DNA of 64,000 nucleotides from the human T2T-CHM13v2.0 reference genome, Homo sapiens, in assembly GCF_009914755.1 (NCBI RefSeq), contig NC_060936.1; one strand, 5' to 3'. The translations under genes were made by a program, and so were the position numbers. Shown here in pieces: positions 1 through 15,463 of the stretch; positions within the stretch are counted from its first letter, which is position 1, and every line of letters starts with the position of its first letter. The notes beneath the pieces were generated by a model. It was given only the letters and a program-made list of their open reading frames with translations, was not told the DNA's origin and made no database searches.

Positions 1-2081
<2,081 letters not shown>

Positions 2082-3835
2082 AAGAGTGGTGAGAGAGGGC
2101 ATCCTTGTCTTCTGCTGGTTTTCAAAGGGAATGCTTCCAGCTTTTGCCCATTCAGTATGATATAGGCTGTGGGTTTGTCATAAATAGCTCTTATTATTTT
2201 GAGATACGTTCCATCGATACTTAGTTTATTGAGAGTTTTTAGCATGAAGGGATGTTGAATTTCATCAAAGGCCTTTTCTGCATCTATGAGATAATCTTGT
2301 GGTTTTTGTCATTGGTTCTGTTTATGTGATGCATTATGTTTACTGATTAGCATATGTTGAACCAGCCTTGCATCTCAGGGATGAAGCCGACTTGATCGTG
2401 GTGGATAAGCTTTTTGATGTGCTGCTCGATTCAGTTTGCCAGTATTTTACTGAGGATTTTCACATCAATGTTCATCAGGGATATTGGCCTGAAATTTTCT
2501 TTTTTTGTTGCATCTCTGCCAGGTTTTGGTATCAGGATGACGCTGGCCTCATAAAATGAGTTAGGGAGGAATCTCTCTTTTTCTATTGTTTGGAATAGTT
2601 TCAGAAGGAATGGTACAAGCTCCTCTTAGTACCTCTGGTAGAATTTGGCTATGAATCCGTCTGGTACTGGGCTTTTTTGTTGTTGTTGGTGGTGGTGGTG
2701 GAGGTGGTAGGCTATTAATTACTGCCTCAATTTCAGAACTTGTTACTGATCTATTCAAAGATTCAACTTCTTCCTGATTTAGTCTTTGGAGGTTGTGTGT
2801 GTCCAGGAATTTATCTATTTCCTCTAGATTTTCTAGTTTATTTGCACATAGGTGTTTATAGTATTCTCTGATGGTAGTTTGTATTTCTGTGGCATCAGTG
2901 GTGATATCCCCTTTATCATTTTTTATTGTGTATATTTGATTCTTCTCTCTTTTCTTCTTTATTAGTCTAGCTAGCAGTCTAACTATTTTGTTAATCTTTT
3001 CAAATCCCCAGCTCCTGGATTCATTGATTTTTTAGAAGGGTTTTTGTGTCTCTATCTCCTTCAGTTCTGCTCTGATCTTAGTTATTTCTTGTACTCTGCT
3101 AGCTTTTGAATTTGTTTGCTCTTGCTTCTCTAGTTCTTTTAATTGTGATGTTACGGTGTCAATTTCAGTTCTTTCCAGCTTTCTGATGTGGGCATTTAGT
3201 GCTATATATTTCCCCCTTAACACTGGTTTAGCTGTGTCCCAGAGATTCTGGTACATTGTCTCTTTGTTCTCATTAGTTTCAGAAAACTTCTTTATTTCTG
3301 TCTTAATTTTGTTATTTACCCAGTAGTCATTCAGGAGCAAGTTGTTTCAATTTCCATGTAGTTGTGCAGTTTTGACTGAGTTTCTTAATCCTGAGTTCTA
3401 ATTTGATTGCACTGTGGTCTGAGAGACTGTTATGATTTCCATTCTTTTGCATTTGCTAAGGAGTGTTTTACTTCCAATTATGTGGTCAATTTTATAAAGT
3501 GCTATGTGGCACTAAGAAAAATGTATATTGTGTTGATTTGGGGTGGAGAGTTCTGTAGATGTCTATTAGGTCCACTTGGTCCAGAGCTGAGTTTGAGTCC
3601 TGAATATCCTTGTTAATTTTTCTTCATTAATTAATTGATCTGTTCATTGATCTAATATTGACAGTGGGGTGTTAAAGTCCCCCATTACATTACAACTGTG
3701 TGGGAGTATAAGTCTCTTTGTAGGCCTCTAAGAACTTGTTTTATGAAACTAGGTGCTCCTGTATTGGGTGCATATATATTTAGGATAGTTAGCTCTTCTT
3801 GTTGCATTGATCCCTTTACCATTATATAATGCCCT
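2082..3835 (-). mobile_element. Remainder of the older L1PA7/8-like element, 5'-truncated within the ORF2 endonuclease domain
   Basis: Resumes exactly where 1-1040 stopped (gaataagag|tggtgagagaggg); minus ORFs 3032-3340 and 3685-3909 give ORF2p peptides; ends at 3835 beside gaaagtgc-T7/A23, a TT/AAAA endonuclease site on the minus strand. Confidence 0.9.
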
Positions 3836-3842
3836 GAAAGTG

Positions 3843-3873
<31 letters not shown>

Positions 3874-5053
3874 CAAACAAAAACCAGGTAAATAAGGACG
3901 TATACACATATAAACACTAAAGCATTAGCGCAAGACTTCTTAATGTGTGACCTTTAATTTATGTCTTTCTATCTAGCGGAATGAGCTCCAACCTTGATAG
4001 CTGAGGACTAAAGCAAGAACCAGGACAGAGGGAAAAAAAAGATTTTGTGTAGCACATAGAAGGTTGTGAGAGTTTCTCCCAATAGAAAAGAGTTCCTGCT
4101 GGAATTGGGATCTATCCTTTCAGAGTGATCAGTATTTTCTGAGTCTAGGATAAGAGCTGGAATTTTCCTGGAGGTAGATCTTCCTTTTGTTCTAGAAGGA
4201 ACCACTCTGTGAGCCAGTTTAGTCATAGATCTATAAGGCTGTTTGTTGTCTGGGGGAAAGTCTCATGGAAAGCCCCAAACCAATAAAATGATATTAATGC
4301 AGATGTTTCAGAGTGACATGTTGAACACATTTTTTAGTGAAGTTCCTTGGCATGCAATTTTTGGCAGGACTAAGCCTTTGGGAAACCAGAACCACCATGA
4401 AGCTGCTTACACATTGGGCCCTCCTCCAGGACACCTGGCTAAGGGCAGAGAAATCAGCTAGTGCTCTGCTTACCAATCCATGAGTTGCTAGCCTTCCCAG
4501 AGAAAGGGCATCTTTTTATAATTTTTACATAAGCTAAGGTTTCTGAGAGACATTATACATACCGCTAGGCTATACAAGAAGAATCTGGGATCTGATCTGA
4601 TCTTTACTGCTCACTAGACAAAGACTATGGAAAGAGAATAAACTGGGATTGGTTTAGAAGTACCTGAACTGTTTGATTTTGTTCAGTAGAGAGTTAACCC
4701 TGAATAACCCAGACTTAAGGAAATACATAGTCAACTGTTGAGAGTGTCTTATCTAAGCAGTGGGTGAGAGAGAAGGAGTGGGCAGACCATATGCTATAGT
4801 GGAGAGTGGGAGTTCCCCTAAATGAATGGATGTTCCTACTGCAGCGGATCATCCTGGAATAGGAAAGGAAACATATCTAGGACTGCGAAAGGAGGCTCTA
4901 GGTTTGTGAAAAACTGAACCCAGATTTCAGGTAAGGAGACACCAGCAAAGATCCATACAAGATGGCAGCAATTTGAAGATCAAGGAGAGAGAAGGTCACC
5001 ATGGGATGAACCTGGGAATGGCACAAATAGTGGACTTAAAAATAGTCATAGAT

Positions 5054-5383
<330 letters not shown>

Positions 5384-5655
5384 CTACATTACAATCCATT
5401 CAGTAATCTCCAAGCCTTCAATGAAGTTTTCTTAAAAACCCCGACTTTCATAGCTATGTTTTGGAGAAAAAAAAAAGATGTCGGGAAACATATGTGCAGT
5501 GCCATTGTAAGGGAGAAGCCACTGCAACCTGAAGAAGCCAGCATCTGAGAGTGGAGAAGCAGTTTGGACCCAGGTGACTGGCTAAAGTGGCAAATGCAGG
5601 GAAACATTCGCGGAATAGAAGAATTAATTGAGGACTCTCAGAAATACTCGGTGAG

Positions 5656-5912
5656 GGCCCACTCCAGTGGCTCACACCTGTAATCCCAGCACTTTAGGAG
5701 GCCAAGGTGGGTGAATTGCTTGAGCTCAGGGCAACACAGCAAAATCCTATCTCTACAAAAAATACAAAAATTAGGCACGATAGCTCACATCTGTAGTCTC
5801 AGCTACTTGGGAAGCTGAGGTGGGAGAATCACTCAAGCCTGGGAGATGGAGGTTGCAGTGAGCCAAGACTGTGCTACTATACTCCAGGTTGGGTGACAGA
5901 GCAAGATCCTGT
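5656..5912 (+). mobile_element. Old Alu (AluJ-like) with a small left-arm deletion
   Basis: Degenerate Alu motifs (ctgtaatcccagcact, gttgcagtgagcc); the tail is replaced by a purine repeat. Confidence 0.85.
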
Positions 5913-6641
5913 GAGAAAGAAAAGGGAAGGGAAGGGAAGGGAAGGGAAGGGAAAGGAAAGGAAAGGGAAAGGGAAAGGGAAAGGGAAAGGGAAGGGAAAG
6001 GGAAGGGAAGGGAAGGGAAGGGAAGGGAAAGGAAAGGAAAGGAAGAAAGAAGGGAAGGGAAGGGAAGAGGGAGGGAGGGAGGAAGGAAAGAGGGAGGGAA
6101 GGAAGGAATCAGGAAGGAAGAAAGAAGGGAGGGAGGGAGGAAGAAAGGAAGGAAGGAGGGAAGGAAGAAAGGAAGGAAGGAGAGAGAAAGGGAGGGAGGA
6201 AGGAAGGAAGGAAAGAGAGGGAGGGGAAGGAAGGAGAGGGAGGGGAAGGAAGGAGAGGGAGGGGAAGGAAGGAGAGGGAGGGGAAGGAAGGAGAGGGAGG
6301 GGAAGGAAGGAGAGGGAGGGGAAGGAAGGAAAGAGAGGGAGGGGAAGGAAGGAAAGAGAGGGAGGGGAAGGAAGGAGAGGGAGGGGAAGGAAGGTGAGGG
6401 AGGGAGGAAGGAAGGAGGGAGGGAGGAAGGGAGGAAGGAAGGAGAGGGAAGGAGGAAGGAAGGATGGAGGGAGGGAGGAAGGGAAGGGGAGGGAGGGAGG
6501 AAGGAAGGGAGGGAGAGAGGGAGGGAGGAGGAAGGGAGGGAGGAAGGAAGGAAGGAAAGAAGGAAGGAAGGAAGGAACAAGGGAGGGAAGGAAGGAAGGA
6601 ACAAGGAAGGGAGGGAGGAAGGAAGGAAGGAGAAAAGGAGA
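5913..6641 (+). repeat. ~730-bp polypurine compound microsatellite/minisatellite (GGGAA, GGGAAA, GGAA and a 19-mer)
   Basis: Only 6 pyrimidines in 729 bp; ~9 tandem copies of GAGAGGGAGGGGAAGGAAG at ~6215-6395. Confidence 0.97.
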
Positions 6642-7127
6642 TAATTGATATGTTTAAATATAAAAAAATACTTCGCAAGAGGAACCAGATAACCTGGACT
6701 AAAAACAATTGTTCAAGTAGGAACTTGAATTAAATTAATTGGTATTAAAGGAAATATTGATCCTGGAAGGAGGGCTAAGTCATGGGGACATGTGAGATAC
6801 TGAGGAAGAATGAATGGCTAGAAGGGAAAGGAATGTGGTATTGCTGACTCTGAAGTACCACAGAAAATTTTCTCTTAGCCCTTAAAAGGAAAAGCTGAAA
6901 GTTCCAGTCTTATAAAGGGAAAAACACATTGCTAGTTGTAATCTCATTTTCATTTCCTCTCTGTTATGACTGAAATATTGATTAATTATAAATACTGATG
7001 CAGAAGAATCAATATTCAGATTTAATAATTAACTATTTAAAAGTTAAAGTATATTCTTCTAAAACACATGCAAAGACCAAAAAAATTCAGGTTTTGTACC
7101 CTTACCTTTTCCTTTTTCTTTCTTACT

Positions 7128-7436
7128 TTATTTTTTTATTTTTTATTTTTTTGAGGTAGGGTCTTGCTCTGTCACCCAGACTGGAGTGCAGTGGTGAGAT
7201 CACACCCTACTTCAGTCTTGACCTCCTGAGCTGAAAGTGATCCTCCCACCTCAGCCTCCCAAGTAGTTGGGACCACAGGTGCACACCACCATGCCCAGCT
7301 AATTTATTTTTACTGTTGGAGAGATAAAGTCTTGCTATGTTGCTCAGGCTGGTCTCAAACTCCTGGACTCAAGCAATCTTACAGCCTCGGCTTCCCAAAG
7401 TGCTGGGAGTACAGGCATGAGCCACCACACCTGGCC
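7128..7436 (-). mobile_element. AluJ-like element
   Basis: T-rich tail followed by reverse Alu ending ...gccaccacacctggcc. Confidence 0.88.
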
Positions 7437-8094
7437 TGTACTCTTTTCTTTATCACTCTTTTGGTATTGACTAGGTATCTACCCATTTTCCTGTCTTCCG
7501 GTCATCTCAACTCAGATGCCTACAAAAAGCCAAAACTGCCTACAGTTTTAAAAATAAAATTAAAATTCTACTTCAGAAAATGCTGCACTATTTTATTTTA
7601 AATAAAATTGCATGTTACTTCATGATGATTAGGTCTAACCCAATCAGCAAAAGTCTTCTTAAAATAATAAAATCTGAAGAAAACAAGATGTAAACGCAAG
7701 AATACTTATTAGAATTATTAATACGTAATTTTCCTGGAATGCTAATAATCTAAAGTAATCTAAGGAAATGTTTATTTCATCAACTTGTGACTTAATCTAA
7801 TTACGTTGATTGAAACTGTTAAAACTGTGCCAATAAAAGAAATATTTGTAATGAAATCATGTATTTACTATTTCCATTGTAACTGAACAATGCACAGAAA
7901 ATTTCCCTCTAAAACACCACTGCCAAGCACTATGGGAACCACTTGTGTCTATTTACCTACAACATCCACGATACAACATCCATCTACAACATCCATTTAA
8001 CATAAATCATGGATTTCAGAAAAGCTAATGTTTTTAATAAATGAGAATTGATTGTTAAATAAGACAACAGTAAAGCCACCGAAAGGTATATGCA

Positions 8095-8310
8095 AATTAG
8101 TCCATTAAGAGTATTTATTGTTATTTTATGTGAGCACACAGAACTAGAGCTAAAGTTAAAGATGTGAGTAGGGCATATATCATTTCTTCTTCACAAAGCT
8201 GACACTCTATCCTGACATTAAACAAGTAAATGTAACAAGTTACACAAAAGTGTATGAGAAGCCCAGATGTGTATAGTATGGAAAGAGGCATCAGTGAAGT
8301 GTGGGACAAC
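8095..8310 (-). mobile_element. L2 3'-end remnant
   Basis: Degenerate gtatttattg...ttcacaaagctgacactcta pattern typical of antisense L2. Confidence 0.45.
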
Positions 8311-8324
8311 CTCAAGTGCCCTGA

Positions 8325-9361
8325 TATATGTGTGACCGAAGTCCTTGAATGAGAAGGGAAGAAATATTTAAGGATATAATGTCAGATTTTTTCCAAATTT
8401 GCTGAAATTATAAAAACGCATATTCAAGACATTCAACAAATCATAAGCACAAGAAACATGAAGAAAACTACACCAAGGTATACTATAACCAAATTTTCAG
8501 AGAAACAATGATAAAACAATAAATGGAAAAACTTTAAAACAACCAGGAGGAATGGGGTGAGGCATTATATACAGAGATAAAGATGATAGCAAGTTGCTAG
8601 CCAGAAATGACTCACGTGAGCAGACAGTGGAGCAATATCTTTAAAGTTCTGGAGGGTAAAAGAAAAGCCCTGTCAACTAGGTATAATTTTATATCCAGTG
8701 AAGCTATCTTCCAAAAATGAAGGCAAATCACATTTTCATATATACAAAAGGTGGAATAATTTATCACCAAGATATCTGCACTATAAGAAACGTCAAAAGT
8801 TTTTCAGGTGAAGGAAAAATTATACCAGAAGTCTGGACCTATATGAAAGAATGAAGAGTCCTAGAAATAATAAATATTTGTATAATAACAATATTTTTTC
8901 TTATTAATTAAATTTATTTGAAAGATAAGTGATTGTATGAAGAAAATAATAACAATATATTGTTGGGGTTTATAAAATACAGAGAAATAAAAAGTGCAAA
9001 AACAACAGCAGAAAAAAAAGCAAGGGGAGAAATCGAAGTACACAGTTGTATTGTTCTTATACTTTACATGACGTGGTATAACATCACTTTCAGGTAGACT
9101 GTGATAAGTTAGAGTTGTGTATCATAAAGCCTAAGGCAACTACTAAAAACACAATAAGGATATGTAGGTAATGAGCTAACAAATTAGATAAAATGCAACC
9201 ATTAATTTGAAAATTAATTCAAAATAAGACAGAAAAAAAGAGAGAAAAGAGAAAAAAGAGCACATGGTACAAATAATAAAAGCAAGATGGCAGATTTACA
9301 CACAACCACATCAACTACCACATCAAATTTAAACGGTATAAACATCCCAATTAAAAGGCAG
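8325..9361 (+). mobile_element. Ancient L1M fragment (ORF1 3' half, inter-ORF, ORF2 start); outer host of the nested cluster
   Basis: L1M-type aagaaaactacaccaagg and aagatggcagattta...cccaattaaaaggcag; continues at 24760 with aaaggcagagattgtcagattgg. Confidence 0.75.
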
Positions 9362-10084
9362 GGATACTTTTTCCTATACGGCAAATTAGACGCTTTTAGC
9401 CTGCCTCAGGCATAAAGATTAACTCTGTGACCTTTAATTCAAGAAGGAAAATGAGAATCCACCAGAATTGTAAAGGAAACTCCAGATCCTGGGAAGGCAA
9501 ATGTGGGCAAACAGCCCCTGTGATGGCATCTGGCTAATAAGTGAGTGAAGCCCCACCACACAAAAGAGGCAGACAGCCTCCCTCTGTGACTCACCTTTCC
9601 AATGGGGATTTGAGTAACCAAGGCCAAAGGAGAGCACTTTGTTTCTCCCAAGCCCTGGAGCTAACTTGGGATGAAGATGGAGATGTTGTGAGGGAAAGAC
9701 ACTGGGAAAACCTGAAGCCATTTTATCAGACCTGGGAACAAGAGCAGGACGCCATGTTTTATCCTGGTGCATACAATGTCAGCCATTATTTGGCAATCCG
9801 GCAGGATGGCCTCACAGGTATTTTGGTCTCAGGCCAGAGATTGGAGTGCCTGCTCTGAAGTGGGGTAGGGGCCTCCACAGCCAGAACTGTGAAAATCACC
9901 TCAGCAGAAGGCATTAGAACTGTACTCTCCACTGTGGCAGGCCTGGGGCAGGAGAGCTGCTACAGCTGCAGTTTCTCCTGGACAATAAGACTTGCAGCTA
10001 CAGCCAGCTTGGTAACATGGAACCAGTCTCCATGTGCTATTGTTGGGTGCCCCAGCCTGCTCTTCTGAGATTACAGTACAGTGG

Positions 10085-10710
10085 AGTCCTCTCTGATCCA
10101 CACCCAGGCAAATCTCCAGGTATTCAGACCACCCTCTCACCTGGATCAGCCACCTGAACCCCTCCAGCCTTCCTGTGCATAGATTGTGCTGCAGTGAAGC
10201 CCTCTCCACTCCACGTGTAGGCAGATCTCCAGATATGTGGAGCAACTGCTTGCATGGACTAGCAGTCTCAGTCACCCCACCCTTCCTGTGCAGGGATCCT
10301 GTGTGGGTTATGGGGGAATGGGAGGAGGGGGAGTTCTACTTCACACCCAGGCAGATCTCCTGGCATTTGGAGCACTCACTCACCTGGAACAGCAGCTTCA
10401 CTCCCTGCATTCTTCCTGTGCATAGACCATAGTGCAACTGGGCCATCTCGACTCTACACCCAGGCAGACCTTCAGGCATCCAAAGCACCTGCTTGCCTAG
10501 ACTGGCAGGCTGAGCCACTCCACCCTTCCTGTGCAATTATCTGGGTGCATAGGGGCCCTCTTTGTTTCAAGCCCAGGCAGATCTCTAGGCTTCAGGAGCA
10601 CCCAATCTTCTGGATTAGGACTTTAGCCCACCCCATCCCCATGCAGAGAACTTGGGGCCAAGGAGATTTCTCAGCTTCCTGCCTAAACACACTTCTGGGC
10701 ACTTGGTGGC
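10085..10710 (+). repeat. Degenerate ~112-130-bp tandem array (5-6 units) in the L1PA15/16 5'UTR
   Basis: Anchor cacccaggcagatctcc recurs at ~10101, 10214, 10344, 10457 and 10570, usually followed by cttcctgtgca. Confidence 0.75.
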
Positions 10711-11991
10711 TGCCCACTGGATTCCCCATTGGCACTGGTACTTGTCCCTGCCATCAAGGGACTTGTAAATGGACCTGCCAGGTCCAGCCTTACACATCTT
10801 GCCCCCCACCCCACAGCGTTAAGGGAACTTGGACCACTGTTCACTCTAAGAATCAGCCTACTGCCTAAGGCAACAGAGAGCTTCTCTGTAAACAAAGATC
10901 AGGTATATAACCAGATCATTGGCCATAGGCAGCGCTTACAAAAAGCACCATCTACTGGCTTGTGGGTTGAACTGCACAGCCCAATATAAAATCTGCCAAC
11001 AGAAGTGCCTAGGGATATAAAAGCAAAGTCAAAAGACCCTACCCAGCACTCTCTGCAGTCACACCCCAGGGAGTAAGGGAAAGGGAAAGAAGAAAGAAAC
11101 AGTAATATCACAGGAGAAGAAGGAAAGAGAAAAAATCCTACCTGGAGGAAAATAGTTACAAAAATTATAACTACAGCATCTCCAGATGAGAAGGAACCAG
11201 TGCAAGAATTCTAGCACAACGAAAAATCTGAATGTAATAACACCACTAAAGGATCACACTAACGGCTCCAGCAATTGTCCGTAATGAATATGGAAACTAA
11301 GAAATGACAGAGGAAGAATTCAAAGCATGAATTGCAAAGAAGCTGAAGGAGATCTGAGCTAAGGTTGAAAATCAACACAAAGTAACTCCTAAAGCAATTC
11401 GGGAAATGCAGGAAGAGATAAACATCTTCAAAAGAAATCAATCATAACTTCTGGAATTTAAAAACTCACTTAAGGAATTTCAAAATACAATTGAACGATT
11501 TCTCAATGGACTGAACCAAGCAGAAGAATTTCAGAGCTTAAAGGCTAGTCTTTTGAACTAACTCAGTCAGACAAAAATAAAGAAAAATAATTTTTGAAAA
11601 TGAAGAGTCTTTGAAAAATATGAGATAATTTAAAGTAACTAAACCTATAAATTATCACCATTCCTGAAAAAAACGGAGGAAAAGAAAACAACCTGGAAAA
11701 TATATTTGAGGGAATAATTCAATATTGTTTTCCTAGTCTTGCTAGAGAAGCAAATATCCAGATATAAGAAATCTACAGAACACTTGTGAGATACTATGCA
11801 AAATGAACATCACCAAGGTGTATTGTAACCAGAATGTCCAAGGTCAACACCAAAGAAAAAATCTTAAAGGCAGCTAGAGAAAGAGGTCAGATCACATACA
11901 AAGGGACTAACAGCGGATGTCTCAACAGAAACCTCATAAGCCAGGGGTGATTCGCTGCCTATTTTTATCATTCTTAAAGAAAAGAAATTTC

Positions 11992-12275
11992 GGCCGGGCG
12001 CGGTGGCTCACGCTTGTAATCCCAGCACTTTGGGAGGCCGAGGCGGGCGGATCACGAGGTCAGGAGATACAGACCACGGTGAAACCCTGTCTCTACTGAA
12101 AATACAAAAAATTAGCCGGGCGTGGTGGCGGGCGCCTGTAGTCCCAGCTACTCGGAGAGGCTGAGGCAGGAGAATGGCGTGAACCCGGGAGGCGGAGCTT
12201 GCAGTGAGCCGAGATCGTGCCACTGCACTCCAGCCTGGGCGACAGAGACTCTGTCTCAAAAAAAAAAAAAAAAGA
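11992..12275 (+). mobile_element. AluYd-lineage element (Yd3-like)
   Basis: 12-bp left-arm deletion (agacc|acggtgaaac), gcTtgt, extra A in ctcggAgagg; 16-bp TSD aaagaaaagaaatttc at 11976-11991 and 12276-12291. Confidence 0.85.
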
Positions 12276-13800
12276 AAAGAAAAGAAATTTCAACCAAAAA
12301 TAAATTTCATATCCTGCCAAATCAAGCTTCATAAGTGAACAAGAAATAAAATATTTTCCAAAGAAGCAAGAGCTAAGGAAATTTATTGACACTAGATCAC
12401 CTTTACAAGAGATCCTTAAAAGAGTTCTAAACATGGAAACAAAAGAGCAATATCTGCTACCACAGAAGCACACTTAAGTATATAGCCTACAAACCCTTAA
12501 AAAACCCATGCAATAAAAACTACCAAGGAACCAGCTAACAACTTCATGATAGGATCAAAACTGCACATCTCAATATTAACCTTGACTGTAAATGGTCTAA
12601 ATGCCCTCACTTAAAAGGCACAGAGTGGCAATTTGAAAAAAAAAATACATCTACTGTCTTCAAGAGATCCATCTCACATTTAATAACATTCATAGGCTCA
12701 AAGTAAAGTGTTGGAGAAAGAGCTACTGTGCAAATAGAACACAAAAAACAGTAAGACCAATCCTAGATAAAACAGACTTTAAATCAACAACAGTAAAAAA
12801 GAACAAAGAAGGGCATTACATAATGATAAGGGCTTCAATTCAACAAGATGGCTCATGTATCCTAAACACATATACACCCAACACTGGAGCACTCAAATTC
12901 ATAAAACAAGTACTTTTAGATCTATGAAAAGACAGACAGCCATAAAACAATAGTAGAGGACTTCAACACACCATTGCCAGCATTAGACAGATCATTAAGG
13001 CAGAAAACTAACAGAAATTCTGCAGTTCAATTGACCAACTGGACCTAAGAGACACTGACAGAATATTTCACCCATCAACCACAGAATATCCACTCTTTTT
13101 GTCTGCACACAGAACATACTGCAGGATCATCCACATCCTCAGTCATAAAGCAAGTGTCAATAAATTTTTTTAAAATTGAAATCATACCCATCATATTCAT
13201 GAACCACAGTGGAATGAAAATCGAAATCAATACCATGAAGCTCCCTTGAAGCCATACAATTACATGGAAATTAAACAACTTGCTCCTGAAAAAATTTTAG
13301 GTAAACAAAAAAATTAAGGCAGAAATAAAAAACATTCTTTGAAATGAATTAAAACAGAGACAAAACATACCATAATCTCTGGGATACACCAAAAGCAGTG
13401 TTAAGAGGAAAGTTTATAGCACTAAATGCCTACCTCAAAAAGTTAGAACAATCTGAAATTAACAGTCTAACATCTCACTTAGAGGAACTAGAAAAACAAG
13501 AACAAACTAACTCCAAAGCAAGTAGAAGAAAATAAATAACTAAAAATAGATCAGAACTGCATAAAACTGAGACACAAAAGCCCCCAAAAAATCAACAAAA
13601 CCAAAAGATGTTTCTTTGAAAGAATAAACAAAATCAACCTAAAGCTATTTAGATTAACAAAGAAAACAAAAGGTGATCCAAGCACAATTAGAAATGACAA
13701 AGGTGACATTACAACTGATCGCACAGAAATAAAAAGATTTCCAGAGACTATTATGAACACATCTTTGCACACATTTTACTGTAGAAAATTTATGTTTCTA

Positions 13801-15463
13801 TAGTATTGGAAATTCTGGCCAGGGAAATCAGGCAAGATAAACATATAAAGGGTATTCAAATAGGAAGAGAGGAAGTGAAATTGTCACTGTTTGCAGATGA
13901 CATGATTGTATATTTAGAAAACGCCATTGTCTCAGCCCAAAAACTCCTTAAGCTGATGAGCAACATCAGCAAAGTCTCAGGATACAAAATCAATGTGCAA
14001 AAATCACAAGCACTTCTATACACGAATAATAAACAGAGAGCCAAATCATGAGTGAACTCCCATTCACAATTGATACAAAGAGAATAAAATACCTATGGGA
14101 CAGAACAGAGGCCTCAGAAATAACGCCACACATCTACAACCATCTGATCTTTGACAAACCTGACAAAAACAAGCAATGCGGAAAGGATTCCCCATTTAAT
14201 AAATGGAGCTAGGAAAGCTGGCTACCATATGCAGAAAACTGAAACTGGACCCCTTCCTTACACCTTATACAAAAATTAGCTCAAGATAGATGAAAGACTT
14301 AAACATAAGACCAAAAACCATAACCCTAGAAGAAAACCCAGACAATAACATTCAGGACATAGGCATGAGCAAAGACTTCATGAAAAAATGCCAAAAGCAA
14401 TTGCAACAAAAGCCACAATTGACAAAAGGGATCTAATTAAACTAAAGAGCTTCTGCACAGCAAAAGAAACTATCATTAGAGTGAACAGGCAACCTACAGA
14501 ATGGGAGAAAATTTTTGCAATCTATCCATCTGGCAAAAGTTTAACATCCAGATTCTACAAGGAACTTAAACAAATTTACAAGAAAAAAACAAACGACCCC
14601 ATCAAAAAGTGGGCAAAGGATATGAACAGACATTTCTCAAAAAAAGACATTTATGCGTCCAACAAACAAATGAAAAAAGTTCATCATCACTGGTCATTAG
14701 AGAAATGCAAATCAAAACCACAATGAGATACCATCTTATGCCAGTTAGAAAGGCAATCATTAAAAAGTCAGGAATCAAAAGATGCTAGTGAGGCTGTGGA
14801 GAAATAGGAAGGATTTTACACTGCTGGTGGGAGTGTGAATCAGTTCAACCATTGTGGAAGACAGTGTGGCAATTCCCTAAGGATCTAGAACCAGAAATAC
14901 CATTTGACCCAGCAATCCCATTATTGTTTATATACCCAAAGGATTACAAATCATTCTACTATAAAGACACATGCACACATACGTTTATTGTAGCACTATT
15001 CACAATAGCAAAGACTTGGAACCAACCCAAATGCCCATCAATGATAGACAGGAAAAAGAAAATGTGGCACATACACACCATGGAATACTATGCAGCCATA
15101 AAAAAGGAAGAGTTCATGTCCTTTGCAGGGACATGGATGAAGCTGGAAACCATCATTCTCAGCAAACTAACACAGAAACAGAAAACCAAACACCACATGT
15201 TCTCACTCAAAAGTGGGAGTTGAACAATGAGAACACATGGACAGAGGGAGGGGAACATCACACACCAGGGCCTGTCATGGGGTAGGGGGGACAAGGGAAG
15301 GGATAACATTAGGACAAATACCTAATGCATGCATGGCTTAAAACCTAGATGACGGGTTAATGGGTGCAGCAAACCACCATGACACATGTATACCTATGGA
15401 ACAAACCTGTGCATTCTGCACATGTATCCCAGAACTTAAAGTATAATAAAAATAAATAAATAA
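13801..15463 (+). mobile_element. 5'-truncated L1PA8-like element with an internal ORF2 deletion
   Basis: ORF2 peptides at 13806-14051, 14388-14726 and 14852-15223; 3'UTR gcatgcatggcttaaaacctagatgacggg typical of L1PA8; left TSD copy at 13783-13800. Confidence 0.85.

Noticed and set aside
5771-6733. Long ORFs of 199-277 aa (GREGK-rich or PSLP-rich)
   Set aside because: Artefacts of a stop-free purine repeat, open in several frames on both strands.
10085-10710. CRISPR-like repeat-spacer array
   Set aside because: Whole units are homologous rather than unique spacers, and they lie in an L1 5'UTR in human DNA.
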